Shown: positions 18,148-33,175 of the stretch, in pieces | How positions within the stretch are numbered: position 1 is the first letter of the stretch | Layout of the letters: each line of letters starts with the position of its first letter | Assembly (NCBI GenBank): GCA_041690355.1 | Contig: JAWLHK010000003.1 | Span: forward strand, 62,001-109,427 | Direction: 5' to 3' | Source: a bacterium | Lineage (GTDB): Bacteria > J088 > JAWLBW01 | Length of the DNA: 47,427 bases | Made by a program: the position numbers and the translations under genes | The notes under the pieces: model-generated | Database searches by the model: none | Told to the model about the DNA's origin: nothing | Seen by the model: the letters and a program-made list of their open reading frames with translations, nothing else

Positions 18148-19128
18148 GTGAAGCCACTCGTCATTTCCGTCGGCGACCCGTCGGGCATCGGGCCCGAAAT
18201 CACGCTCCGGGCCCTGAGCAGCCTGCGCCTGAAGCGGCCGGTTCTTCTCTATGGTGACCGGGGTGTGCTGACGCGGACGGCGCGCGCGCTCAGCCAGCGC
18301 AACCGCGTGCGGGAAGGTTTTCCGCCGCCGGATTCTTCCGGAGGCATGTACGCGATCCACCTGACGGATCTACCGGAAGCGCAGGTACGCCCCGGCACCC
18401 CTTCACTGCCGGGCGCGCGCTCTACCCTCGCCCATCTCGAGGGGGCCGTCGACATCGTCTCTCGAGGAATCGGTGCAGCCCTGGTGACGGCGCCGATTCA
18501 CAAGGGACAACTGGCGAAGGTGGGCTTCGAATACCCCGGGCATACCGAGTTTCTCGCCGCGCGAACCGGAGCGAAATCGCACGCCATGATGCTGGCCGGG
18601 GGCCGTCTGCGCGTGGTTCTGGCGAGCATCCACGTTCCGCTTGCCCGGGTTTCTTCCGTCCTCACCACGGCGGGAATTCTCGAGAAGATTGTTCTGACGC
18701 GGGATGCGCTTCGGCAATGGTTCGGAATGGAGGATCCGCGAATTGCGGTTCTCGGCCTCAATCCCCACGCCGGCGAAGGGGGCCTGTTCGGTTTGGAGGA
18801 GCGGAAGATCATCACTCCCGCCATCCGGCGAGCGCGGCGGCGGGGCTGGGCGGTTTCAGGGCCGTATCCGGCCGACGGCTTCTTCGGGCGCTACGATCCG
18901 GCGCAGGTCGACGCGGTCATCGCCATGTATCATGACCAGGGCCTGATTCCCCTCAAGCTCCTGCATTTCCGCGACGGCGTCAATATTACGCTCGGACTCC
19001 CCATCATCCGCACGAGCCCCGATCACGGGACCGCCTACGACATCGCGGGAACGGGCAAGGCAGACGCGACCAGCATGCGCGAGGCGATCCGCGCGGCCGA
19101 TCGGTTCGCAACCGCGTCGGGACGCTGA
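18148..19128 (+). CDS. pdxA: 4-hydroxythreonine-4-phosphate dehydrogenase
   Basis: GDPSGIGPEI, LVTAPIHK, GHTEFLA, GLNPHAGEGG, AMYHDQGLIPLK, VNITLGLPIIRTSPDHGTAYDIAG. Start at GTG 18148. Confidence 0.96.
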   Translation: MKPLVISVGDPSGIGPEITLRALSSLRLKRPVLLYGDRGVLTRTARALSQRNRVREGFPPPDSSGGMYAIHLTDLPEAQVRPGTPSLPGARSTLAHLEGAVDIVSRGIGAALVTAPIHKGQLAKVGFEYPGHTEFLAARTGAKSHAMMLAGGRLRVVLASIHVPLARVSSVLTTAGILEKIVLTRDALRQWFGMEDPRIAVLGLNPHAGEGGLFGLEERKIITPAIRRARRRGWAVSGPYPADGFFGRYDPAQVDAVIAMYHDQGLIPLKLLHFRDGVNITLGLPIIRTSPDHGTAYDIAGTGKADATSMREAIRAADRFATASGR

Positions 19129-19133
19129 TCCGG

Positions 19134-20483
<1,350 letters not shown>

Positions 20484-20501
20484 GGCGTTATTGTACCTTG
20501 C

Positions 20502-24894
<4,393 letters not shown>

Positions 24895-24899
24895 ACGGA

Positions 24900-25466
24900 T
24901 TACGGCTTCAGCGCCACATCGGGCCGGCGGCGCGCGTCCTCTTCGGCCTTGAAGAGCGGCTCGTCCTTGAAACCGAGCGGTCCTGAGATCAGGTTGACCG
25001 GCACGACGGCAATCAGCGTGTTGTGGCGCGTGACCGCGTGGTTGTACATCTCGCGCCGATCGGCCAGCAGCTCTTCGAGCTCGCTGATGCGGCGCATGAG
25101 ATCGCGCACGAGGTGGTTCGACTTGAGATCGGGGTAATTTTCGACGGTCGCAAACAGGCGCGTCAGCCCAGACTCGAGGCGCGCGTCCTCACGCGCCTTC
25201 TCGCGAACCGACCGGGCGTCGGCCAGCCGTGTCCGGGCCCGCGTGATTTCGAGCAGAAGCTCTTTTTCGTAGGCCATGTAGTCGCGCACCGCCGCCACCA
25301 GATTGCCGACTTCGTTATGGCGCTGCTGCAGAACGACGTCGACGTTGGCCCAGGCCCGGCCCACTTCGTTTCGCAAGCGTACGAGCGTATTGAAGATGAC
25401 GAGGCCCAGCCCGCCGACGAGCATGATGACGAGCCCCGAGATCCAGAACTGAGCGGCAGCGACCAA
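24900..25466 (-). CDS. lemA: LemA family protein
   Basis: N-terminal TM, FNTLVRLRNEV..AWANVDVVLQQR, ENYPDLKS, RREMYN. TTG start with GAGG upstream. Confidence 0.92.
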   Translation of the reverse strand: MVAAAQFWISGLVIMLVGGLGLVIFNTLVRLRNEVGRAWANVDVVLQQRHNEVGNLVAAVRDYMAYEKELLLEITRARTRLADARSVREKAREDARLESGLTRLFATVENYPDLKSNHLVRDLMRRISELEELLADRREMYNHAVTRHNTLIAVVPVNLISGPLGFKDEPLFKAEEDARRRPDVALKP

Positions 25467-25469
25467 GAG

Positions 25470-27146
25470 TTACCTCGCCAGAGCGCGAAAGAGAAGTTCC
25501 ATTTCGGTACGATAGGGAAACGTGCCCAGCATATAGAAAAACGCGACGGCGATCCAGCCCGCGGCGGCCGCGATGGTCTTCCAGTGGACATGGATACCGC
25601 GGCGGCTCGAGATGATGAGCGGCTCGTCACGGGTGCCCTCGACCACGACGTCCTTGTTCATGGACAGATTTGCCCGATCGGTCCGCAACTGCTCGTCCAG
25701 GGTGCGGCGGGCGAGCAGCTGCTCGGTAGAGTCGAAGACCCCGTCGCGGTTCAGATCGAAACGCGCCGCCGCATCGGTGAGAAACTGGGTCTGCAGGCCG
25801 TCTTTCACCGCCTCGATGGCCGGCGACTGCGTATCTACCTGCGCGAGACCGTAAACGGCGCCATGCACGCCATCGGCGACGACGGACTCAATCATGCGTT
25901 CGTCCGAGCCGATGTTGTGTACGAACGTTTCCATGCCGTGCCATTCGGCGGCACGCACGTCGACGAGCACGCGTCCCGTGCCGTCTTCAATGTAGAAGGG
26001 GAGCAGCGGCGAGACGTTCGTCGAGACCGTGCGCCAGCGCGTATCGCTGACGCGGCCGCGGTGGTGCACGCGGTACTTCTTCTGATGGCGGGTCACATAG
26101 TGAATGCAGCGCAGGCCGCGCATGGGACTTACGAGCAGCATCGCCGCCTTGAATTCCCCTTCGAGGTGCACGGGCCCCATCGCCATGGCCCGCACGCGGG
26201 AGACCGGCCGGGTGCGCAGCCGCAGCCACTGGTTGAAGCTTCGCAGGCCGTGGGCCATGGCAGACAGCGACGCGCCGATGCCGAGGGTCGTTACCACGTC
26301 GGAAGTCGGAGCCGCCGCAAAACCGATCCCCGCGCCGATCGCCGTACCCCAGGCAAGCAGGCGAACCAGGTCGGGCAGGCGAAACTGCCGTTTGACGACC
26401 GCATACGTGCGCACGGGAGCATTGACGTCGGGGAGGCGCATCTCCTGCGTGCGCAACCTGCCGCTTCGCTCGAGCGACCGCAGCATCACGGCATGGGCAA
26501 GCATTTTCGCGTCCTCGGGCTGGCCGCCGACCCGCTCCCAGGCCTTGCGCAGCCGGGCGCCGACGGCGGGGAGATCGTCGGGCCGGTAGCTGTCGTCGAC
26601 CAGCCGCAGGGCATGCGTTCGGACGCACTGATCGAGAAACGAGGCGAGCTCGGGGGCGCTCATGCCCGAGCGCTGCTCGCCGTCGCGCAGCCAGACGACC
26701 CCCAGCGGGCCTTTCGTGCCCCACAGAACGACTCCCGGCTTTTTCGCGAACCGCGTGTACGGCCGGACTTCGGTGCCGTCCCAACGCACGCCGAGCAGTG
26801 TGATGCCGCCGGCCTCCTCCTTACCAAGGCGCAGCGGCTCGCCGTCACCCTCGAGCAGAAATCCGTCCGTGTCGGTCAGGCTCACACGGACGTAGGCGGC
26901 CAACGACTCGACATCGACGGCGTCCTGCGTCGACACGATGCCGGCCTGCATGCCGAGGTCGGCCAGGCGGTCGAGCAGCCCTGCGCCGGCGGCCGCATCC
27001 CGCGAGGGCATCCAGGCCCAGCCGTCGCCGGCGAGAGACCCCGACACCGCTTCAGGCGTCCAGCGCAGAACTTCGGCGAGCGCGCGGCCCTGCGCCTGTG
27101 TGAGCGCCGCGGCAGGCCGCCGGCGGATGACGAGCATGGAACCCAT
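25470..27146 (-). CDS. Membrane protein with a GIDE-like domain and an EF-hand-like loop (LemA partner)
   Basis: Two central TMs; TRPVSRVRAMAMGPVHLEG..LVSPMRGLRCIHY..PFYIEDGTGRVLVD; loop DLNRDGVFDSTE; C-terminal TM. 3-nt gap to lemA. Confidence 0.65.
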   Translation of the reverse strand: MGSMLVIRRRPAAALTQAQGRALAEVLRWTPEAVSGSLAGDGWAWMPSRDAAAGAGLLDRLADLGMQAGIVSTQDAVDVESLAAYVRVSLTDTDGFLLEGDGEPLRLGKEEAGGITLLGVRWDGTEVRPYTRFAKKPGVVLWGTKGPLGVVWLRDGEQRSGMSAPELASFLDQCVRTHALRLVDDSYRPDDLPAVGARLRKAWERVGGQPEDAKMLAHAVMLRSLERSGRLRTQEMRLPDVNAPVRTYAVVKRQFRLPDLVRLLAWGTAIGAGIGFAAAPTSDVVTTLGIGASLSAMAHGLRSFNQWLRLRTRPVSRVRAMAMGPVHLEGEFKAAMLLVSPMRGLRCIHYVTRHQKKYRVHHRGRVSDTRWRTVSTNVSPLLPFYIEDGTGRVLVDVRAAEWHGMETFVHNIGSDERMIESVVADGVHGAVYGLAQVDTQSPAIEAVKDGLQTQFLTDAAARFDLNRDGVFDSTEQLLARRTLDEQLRTDRANLSMNKDVVVEGTRDEPLIISSRRGIHVHWKTIAAAAGWIAVAFFYMLGTFPYRTEMELLFRALAR

Positions 27147-27215
27147 GGCAACAGTTTAGCGTTCCGGCTCCTCGCTGACCACTCCGGCGTGCGGCGCGTG
27201 GTATTCTATGAAGTG

Positions 27216-27791
27216 ATGATTTCCATCGACGACCACCCGTCGCCGCTCCTTGCCTTCGACCGCGCGATTGCCGGCCAGATGCGTTCCGGAGCGCCGGCCA
27301 CGCGGATTCTTTCGGCCTCCGAGACTCTGTTTACGGCGCTGCTCGCTTCTCCCGGCGTCGACCTCGATGCATACGAAAGCCGGTCGGCAAATCCCTACGC
27401 CCGCTATCTGCTTTCGGACCCCGCGCACCCGCATCAGCTGGTGCTCGCGTTCTGGCGTCCGGGTGCCGACAGTCCCATCCACAACCACCAGGGGCTCGCC
27501 GGCATGGTCGGCGCCCTGCGCGGAAGCGTGGTCGAAGAGAAAATCGAGCTGCGCCCGGAGGGTTCCCATTTTCGCGCCGTTCGAAGCGAGCACCGGCCGA
27601 TGGAGCCCGGGCGCCCAAGCCTCATTCTGCCGGAGGGCATCGAGCAGGTGCACCGCATGTACAACCCGGGGAGGGAGCTGGGGGTGACGATGCACCTCTA
27701 CCTGGGACGCCTCGAGCGCATTCAGCGCTTCCTTCCAGCCGGCGACGGGCTCTACCGGGCCGAAGACCGCACGCTCTGGTTCGATTCCTGA
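27216..27791 (+). CDS. Cysteine/thiol dioxygenase family cupin
   Basis: The real gene is the C-terminal part of ORF 25023..27791: YARYLL, WRPGADSPIHNH, VHRMYN, TMHLY. Confidence 0.85.
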   Translation: MISIDDHPSPLLAFDRAIAGQMRSGAPATRILSASETLFTALLASPGVDLDAYESRSANPYARYLLSDPAHPHQLVLAFWRPGADSPIHNHQGLAGMVGALRGSVVEEKIELRPEGSHFRAVRSEHRPMEPGRPSLILPEGIEQVHRMYNPGRELGVTMHLYLGRLERIQRFLPAGDGLYRAEDRTLWFDS

Positions 27792-29074
27792 AAGCCAGCC
27801 GCCCGCTTCAGAATCCGATCGCCCAACGCGCGCACGCCTCGGATAGCGATGTGGATATCGGCGACGTTGCTCCCGGTCGGACCGCCCGGAAAGGTTCGGC
27901 CATGTTCAGCACACCACGTTCCAGAGTCGAACCGCGCCAGGTGGCGTGCAATGCCGGCCGCATCCCGGCGGGCGCTCGCGGCATCGGTCCACCCGCCGGC
28001 CGCGTGTGAGTTTCCGTCCATTCCGTCGGTCGCGATGCTGAGGAAAAGCCAGTCGTCGACAGTGGCGAGCCGCGCCGCGACCGAAAGGGCGAGGTGCTGG
28101 TTGCGTCCTCCGATCCCCTCCCCCGCGAGGCGCACCGTGGGCTCGCCGCCGGCGATGAAGACCGAGGGGCTGTCGCTCGCACGGATTCGTTCTGCCCAGT
28201 CTGCGGCCACGACCTCCACATCCCCCACGCGCGGCGGCAGAAGCCCCGGCCCCAACTCGCCGAGCGCATCGGACAGTTCCAGAACCACGGTGCGATTGGA
28301 GAGTACGATACGCCACTGCGTGCGGGCGAACGCCTGATCGGCGGCGGCCGGATTGGGCGGAATCTCGCCGCGCACGCCTGCCCGCAGATGGCGCAGGACC
28401 GCCGGGGGGAGCGGATGGACGCGGTCGAGGGCATCCGCGACGGCAAGCGCCTCCGCGAATCCGGAGGGCTCGGGCACCGTCGGCCCGGAGCCGATGGCAG
28501 CGGGATCGTCGTCGAGCACGTCGCTCACGATCAGCGTCTCGATCGCCCGTCGTGCCCGTTGCGCGAATTTCCCTCCGCCCCAGCGCAGCACGTGGCGCCG
28601 AAGGGTATTCATGGCATGGATGTCGAGCCCGCCTGCGAGAAGCGCACGGGAGAGTCCGCGCAGATCCTCCAACGACAGGCCCGCCACCGGTGCCCCGAGC
28701 ATGGCCGACGCCCCTCCGCTCAGTAGAAAGAGCACCGGGTCGGTCGATTGCGCGAGCAGTCGCTCCTGTGCATCGACCACGGCCAGCGACCCGGCATCCG
28801 GCAGCGGATGCCCGGCGGCAAGCAGCCGGATGGCGCCCTGGGGCGATGCGTGCCCTCCGGGAGCGGCCAACGCGCCGTGCAGGCCGTCCGGGAACCGATC
28901 GAGCGCCCCCAGCCCCATGGCCCGTGCGGCTTTACCGCCCCCCAGAACGAGAAACGGCTGCTTCGGCCGGTCTGCCAGGGCATCGGCTACCGCGGCGCGC
29001 GGGTCGGCCATCGACAGGACGAGTCTGAACAGCGACCGGGCCAGCGAGGCGGTCGGATGGTCTTCTGTTACCAT
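27752..29074 (-). CDS. Glycerate 2-kinase, MOFRL/DUF4147 family
   Basis: GGGKAA, AGHPLPD, LLSGGASA, IVSDVLDDD..IGSGPT, GGEPTV, GGRNQH, ATDGMDGNS, GPTGSNVADI. Start at ATG 29074; convergent 40-bp overlap with the dioxygenase gene. Confidence 0.92.
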   Translation of the reverse strand: MVTEDHPTASLARSLFRLVLSMADPRAAVADALADRPKQPFLVLGGGKAARAMGLGALDRFPDGLHGALAAPGGHASPQGAIRLLAAGHPLPDAGSLAVVDAQERLLAQSTDPVLFLLSGGASAMLGAPVAGLSLEDLRGLSRALLAGGLDIHAMNTLRRHVLRWGGGKFAQRARRAIETLIVSDVLDDDPAAIGSGPTVPEPSGFAEALAVADALDRVHPLPPAVLRHLRAGVRGEIPPNPAAADQAFARTQWRIVLSNRTVVLELSDALGELGPGLLPPRVGDVEVVAADWAERIRASDSPSVFIAGGEPTVRLAGEGIGGRNQHLALSVAARLATVDDWLFLSIATDGMDGNSHAAGGWTDAASARRDAAGIARHLARFDSGTWCAEHGRTFPGGPTGSNVADIHIAIRGVRALGDRILKRAAGFQESNQSVRSSAR

Positions 29075-29104
29075 GACGTTTACCCGATTGATTGTAGCCC
29101 ACCG

Positions 29105-29908
29105 ATGCGCGAATCCCACGCCGGCCTGACCCGCCTGAATCTCCCCGGTTCGACCCTGAAGCGGGGCGAGCGGGTCAATGTATTCTGGCTCGACACCGAA
29201 GGGGGCATCCTCTTCGATGCCGGTTGGGACACCGACGAATCGTTCGAAGCCCTCACCGGGATGCTCCCCCACCGTCCGCGCCATGTACTGCTCACCCACC
29301 TGCATCCCGACCATGCCGGGGGTGCGCGCCGACTGCGCGAGTGGTGTGATGCCGAGATCTGGCTCCCCGCAGAGGATTTCTCCGTCGCCGAGTTTCCCCT
29401 GCCCGCCGACACGCACGCCTTTCGGAGCGAAGAGCCCCTCGTCATCGGCGCACAGCAGATCGACGTGCTGCTGACGCCCGGACACACGCCGGGACACCGC
29501 TGTTTCCACATCCGCGAATGCGGCGGGCTCGTGACGGGCGACATGGTGCTGGGCGAAGGCTCGACCTGGGTGGGACCGCCCCACGGCGACATGGCGCTCT
29601 ACATGGCATCGCTCGAGCGCCTGCTGGCCGCCGGGCATCGTTTTCTCGCCCCCGGTCACGGCCCCCTGCAATCCGATCCGCTTTTGAAGATCGAAGAATT
29701 TCTCGTGCACCGCCGGATGCGCGAGCATCAGGTGCTCGAGGCGCTCGAAGCGGGCCTCGGCGATCCGGCGGCCATCGTCCGGCGCAATTACGCCGATACC
29801 CCCGAGTATCTGCACCCGCTGGCCGAGATCGTGGTGCGCGCCCATCTGGCCAAGCTGTGCGACGAAGGGCGCGTGCTGCGCCGCGACGACCGGTTCAGCG
29901 TCGCCTGA
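29105..29908 (+). CDS. MBL-fold metallo-hydrolase (LACTB2-like, C-terminal winged helix)
   Basis: LLTHLHPDHAGG, TPGHTPGH, TGDMVLG, YMASLERL, PGHG, AHLAKL. Start at ATG 29105. Confidence 0.9.
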   Translation: MRESHAGLTRLNLPGSTLKRGERVNVFWLDTEGGILFDAGWDTDESFEALTGMLPHRPRHVLLTHLHPDHAGGARRLREWCDAEIWLPAEDFSVAEFPLPADTHAFRSEEPLVIGAQQIDVLLTPGHTPGHRCFHIRECGGLVTGDMVLGEGSTWVGPPHGDMALYMASLERLLAAGHRFLAPGHGPLQSDPLLKIEEFLVHRRMREHQVLEALEAGLGDPAAIVRRNYADTPEYLHPLAEIVVRAHLAKLCDEGRVLRRDDRFSVA

Positions 29909-29921
29909 AGCGGTTGCCGAT

Positions 29922-29950
29922 TTGCATTTCAAGGGGTCGGCGACTACAGT
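29922..29950 (+). promoter_or_regulatory. Sigma-70-type promoter for the lipase-fold/FadL pair
   Basis: TTGCAT-N17-TACAGT, followed by a GGAGG SD. Confidence 0.5.
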
Positions 29951-29982
29951 ATTGCACTGGGGAACCGGGGAGGCAACTCATC

Positions 29983-31899
29983 ATGAAACGCCTGCAGGCG
30001 CTCGTCATCTCGAGCCTTTTCATAGTCGCCGCATGCGACGCACGTGACGCCGCTACGCTCACGGTCGAGCCCACCGTCCTTCGCTATGCGTTGACCGAGC
30101 CGGTTGAACTGCCGTGGCCCAACATGCCGGGCCCCGCGGGCGAGCTTGCCGGGTTTCCGGCCACACACCCGATCGTGGCTGCAGCCGACGGCAGCGGATC
30201 GCTCCCGGTCATCACGTTCTCGTTCAGCCGCCCCGTCTCTTCTGAAACGCTCGCCCCGGGCATCAATCTGGTCGTACTCGACGCCGCGGCGCTGCCGGTC
30301 ACCTTCACCGTCGAAACGGTCGACGCCCGGCATTTCCGCCTGCATCCCATGGCGCCCCTCGCTCCGGCGGCCCGCTATACGGTGCTCGCGACGAAATCCA
30401 TTCTTGACCTGGATCGCCGGCCCGTCGAAGAGGACATCCTTTTCCGCCTGCTCCGCGGCGAGGCCCCGCTCATCGATCGCGGCCGCGTGCAGAGCGAAAT
30501 CCTGCTGTTCGAAGGCTACTCGCCCGCGATGGCGTCGCTGGCCGAATCCCTGCGCCGGTCGGTTCGCAGAGCCTGGTATGGCTCGGATGCCACCGCGGCG
30601 GCGCTCCAGCGCCTGGCGCGCGAAGACCTGGCTCGGTTTCGGCATACGTCCCCCGGCGCTCCGGAAGCGCGTGACGTCGAAGCCCACGTTGCGGCAGTCT
30701 GGCAGTTTGCGACGGGCAACGGCGCCTCCGTCGCGACAATGGACGCCGCACGCGCGCAGACCGTCGCCCACGCCGAGAGCGGCGGCGTCACGCTCGATTC
30801 CGTTCTGGACACCCCGGCCGCCGTCGGGGAGCTGTTCGCCCGCTTCGGCGACGACCGCAAGCACGGCTACGTCCACACCGTCATACGCGGACGCATCCGT
30901 TCGCTCGCGCTCTTCACGGGCGCGCGCCGAGACGGCGCACCGGAAAGCGGGACGGTCGTGGAGCGGCCGTTCTATCTCGCCTATCCGCCGGCGGTAACCG
31001 CCGGCCCCGTTCCGGTCGTCCTGCTGGCGCACGACTTCGGCGGCTGCGCCCTGGACGCGCTCACCGGCCTCGCCAACGTGCTCGCCTCCCGGGGTATGGC
31101 CTCCCTGGCGCTCGAACTGCCCGCGCATGGATTGCGCGCATCCGTGAATTCCGCCGGGGAAAACGACTTCGATCCGATCGGCCCCTGCGACGGCAAGACG
31201 CCGCAGGAAGAACGCATCGCCTCCGGCGAAGGCTTCCCCACCGCCGCCAGTCCTCTCCTGCTGCGGGACGCCCTGCGCCAGACGGCGCTCGATTTCATCG
31301 CGGCCGTCGAAACGGCGCAACGCGGCTCGCTCAACCGGTTCCACGCCGGCGGCGACCTGTCAGACGTCCGGTTTGCCGGCGTGGGCCTGGGTGCGAGCGT
31401 GGGAATATCTCTGCTCGCCGCCGAGCCGCGCATCGGCGCAGCTGCCCTGCATGGCCCGGGCGCTTCGCTGGCGCGCATGCTCGACGCCTCTACCCCATGG
31501 CGCCCCGCCCTGCTCGCGCCGGGGCTTGCCGGCGCCGAGGACGCGGCGCACCGGCTGCTTCCCATGCTGCAAGCAGCGCTCGATCCGGCCGAGCCCGCGC
31601 TCTTCGCACCGCGCCTTCGTGGCCGCCCCGTCCTGCTTCAGGAAATCGAAGCCGACACGGTCGTCGGCGACTTCGGCGCCGCGCTGGTCGCGGATCTCGC
31701 CGGCATCCCCGAGCGCTTCGGCCCGGTGTACGCCGGCGCCGGACCCAGCCGGGTACTCTTCGGCGACGAGGCTTTTCACGGTCTGCTGATCGCGCTCGGC
31801 GACACCGACGATCCGCAGGGGCACCTTGCGGCGGCCCGTACGGCCATGCAGGGGCAGCTGGCCACCTATCTCGAAACCGACGGCGACGTACTCGAATGA
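29983..31899 (+). CDS. Lipoprotein with an Ig-like domain and a lipase-like alpha/beta-hydrolase fold, nucleophile Ser absent
   Basis: Lipobox IVAA-C; ITFSFSRPV..LHPMAPLAPAARYTVL (Big_5-like); PVVLLAHDFGG, ALELPAHG, RDALRQTALD, elbow FAGVGLGA, DPA, DTVV, FHGLL. Confidence 0.75.
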   Translation: MKRLQALVISSLFIVAACDARDAATLTVEPTVLRYALTEPVELPWPNMPGPAGELAGFPATHPIVAAADGSGSLPVITFSFSRPVSSETLAPGINLVVLDAAALPVTFTVETVDARHFRLHPMAPLAPAARYTVLATKSILDLDRRPVEEDILFRLLRGEAPLIDRGRVQSEILLFEGYSPAMASLAESLRRSVRRAWYGSDATAAALQRLAREDLARFRHTSPGAPEARDVEAHVAAVWQFATGNGASVATMDAARAQTVAHAESGGVTLDSVLDTPAAVGELFARFGDDRKHGYVHTVIRGRIRSLALFTGARRDGAPESGTVVERPFYLAYPPAVTAGPVPVVLLAHDFGGCALDALTGLANVLASRGMASLALELPAHGLRASVNSAGENDFDPIGPCDGKTPQEERIASGEGFPTAASPLLLRDALRQTALDFIAAVETAQRGSLNRFHAGGDLSDVRFAGVGLGASVGISLLAAEPRIGAAALHGPGASLARMLDASTPWRPALLAPGLAGAEDAAHRLLPMLQAALDPAEPALFAPRLRGRPVLLQEIEADTVVGDFGAALVADLAGIPERFGPVYAGAGPSRVLFGDEAFHGLLIALGDTDDPQGHLAAARTAMQGQLATYLETDGDVLE

Positions 31900-33158
31900 T
31901 AAGGCGGGCGCTCATGCCGGCCCTCCTGGCCGGCCTCGTGTTCACACCCGCGGCCCACGCCGCCGGTCTGGCAGGAGAATCGCCGTCGGCGGCGGCCCTC
32001 GGCATGGCGGGAGCCCGCGTCGCCGAGGACGGCGCAGCAGACGCGCTCCCAGACAACCCGGCATCCCTCGGCGGGGTCGAATTCACGACCGTGAGCGCAG
32101 GCCTGCGCACCGGCGCCGGATCGCACCGGTTCACCGCAGCGGAATCGATCGTGCGCGCCGACGGAAATGGAGAGCTGCGGACGGGACAGAGCATAGCGAC
32201 CGAGTCGCACGGTGCCTCTGCCCCGTATCTGTTCGCGGCGCACCCCATACCCGATGTTCCCCTCGTCATCGGGATCGCCGCCTACGATCCGCACGGCATC
32301 GCGTTCGAATGGCCTGATCGGTGGGCGGGGCGCAACGCCGGCACCGCGTTCTCGCTGCGCACCATGGCCCTTCATCCTGCCTTGGCGTGGAAGATCTCTG
32401 ACACCCTGCAGGTCGGCGCGGGGTTTCGCGTTGCCCAGCACTGGCTGGGCATCGAGCGCACCGTGCGCGGCAACCTGGCCGATCGCAGCGACGACGTTCC
32501 CTATGCGATCGCGCTCGACGGCCAATCGGTGTCCGTCGACGGGGGGGTCCTGTGGAAGCCGCGTCAAGACGTGCGCATCGGCCTGCACCTCGTGTCGGGA
32601 GCCGCCGCCGACGTGCGCGGCACGGCCGATTTCGACCTCCCCTCGGCCTCGCTGGCCGGCCTTTTTCCTGACCAGGCGGCGACGGCCAGCCTCCGTTTCC
32701 CCGCGCGCCTGCAGGCCGGGGGCGCATGGCTCGTCGGTTCTTCGTGGAAGATTGCGGCCGAGGTGGAGTGGATCGGCCACGGCGCGGCCGAAGACGTCGA
32801 CATCCGCCTGGCAGAATCGCGCCCGCGTGGCATCCTGCCCATCGACACCGGATTCCGCAACACGCTTGCCGCACGCCTCGGCGGCGCATGGGCCGCGAAC
32901 GAACAATGGGGCGTACTGAGCGGTCTCGCCTGGGAGCCCGCGGCGACGGGGGCCGATGCGCGTTCGCCCCTTTTCCCCGAAACCGACACACTCGCCGCCG
33001 CGGTGGGCGGCCGGTTCACCTACGGCCGGCTGAGCGCCGACGCGGGGCTTCAGTGGCGTGCGGCGCTTGGCGGTTCATCGTTCGACCCGGCCCTGACGGG
33101 CCGCTACGACGGGGGCATGCTCGCCTTCGCGATCGGGATGCACGCCCTGTTTCCCTGA
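31896..33158 (+). CDS. FadL/OmpP1-family outer-membrane hydrophobic-substrate channel
   Basis: Signal peptide ending AHA; hatch region SAAALGMAGA..DNPASL; LHPALAWKISDTLQVGAG and further amphipathic strands. ATGA overlap with the upstream gene. Confidence 0.82.
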   Translation: MIRRALMPALLAGLVFTPAAHAAGLAGESPSAAALGMAGARVAEDGAADALPDNPASLGGVEFTTVSAGLRTGAGSHRFTAAESIVRADGNGELRTGQSIATESHGASAPYLFAAHPIPDVPLVIGIAAYDPHGIAFEWPDRWAGRNAGTAFSLRTMALHPALAWKISDTLQVGAGFRVAQHWLGIERTVRGNLADRSDDVPYAIALDGQSVSVDGGVLWKPRQDVRIGLHLVSGAAADVRGTADFDLPSASLAGLFPDQAATASLRFPARLQAGGAWLVGSSWKIAAEVEWIGHGAAEDVDIRLAESRPRGILPIDTGFRNTLAARLGGAWAANEQWGVLSGLAWEPAATGADARSPLFPETDTLAAAVGGRFTYGRLSADAGLQWRAALGGSSFDPALTGRYDGGMLAFAIGMHALFP

Positions 33159-33175
33159 GCCTGCCCGCACAGGCC

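Noticed and set aside
25023-27212. Apparent 922-aa fusion ending in cysteine dioxygenase
   Set aside because: The first ~730 codons are antisense to lemA and the GIDE-like gene; the real gene has its own -10 and start at 27213/27216.
29075-29932. N-terminal extension making glycerate kinase 726 aa
   Set aside because: Antisense to the MBL hydrolase gene; the family motifs begin after ATG 29074.
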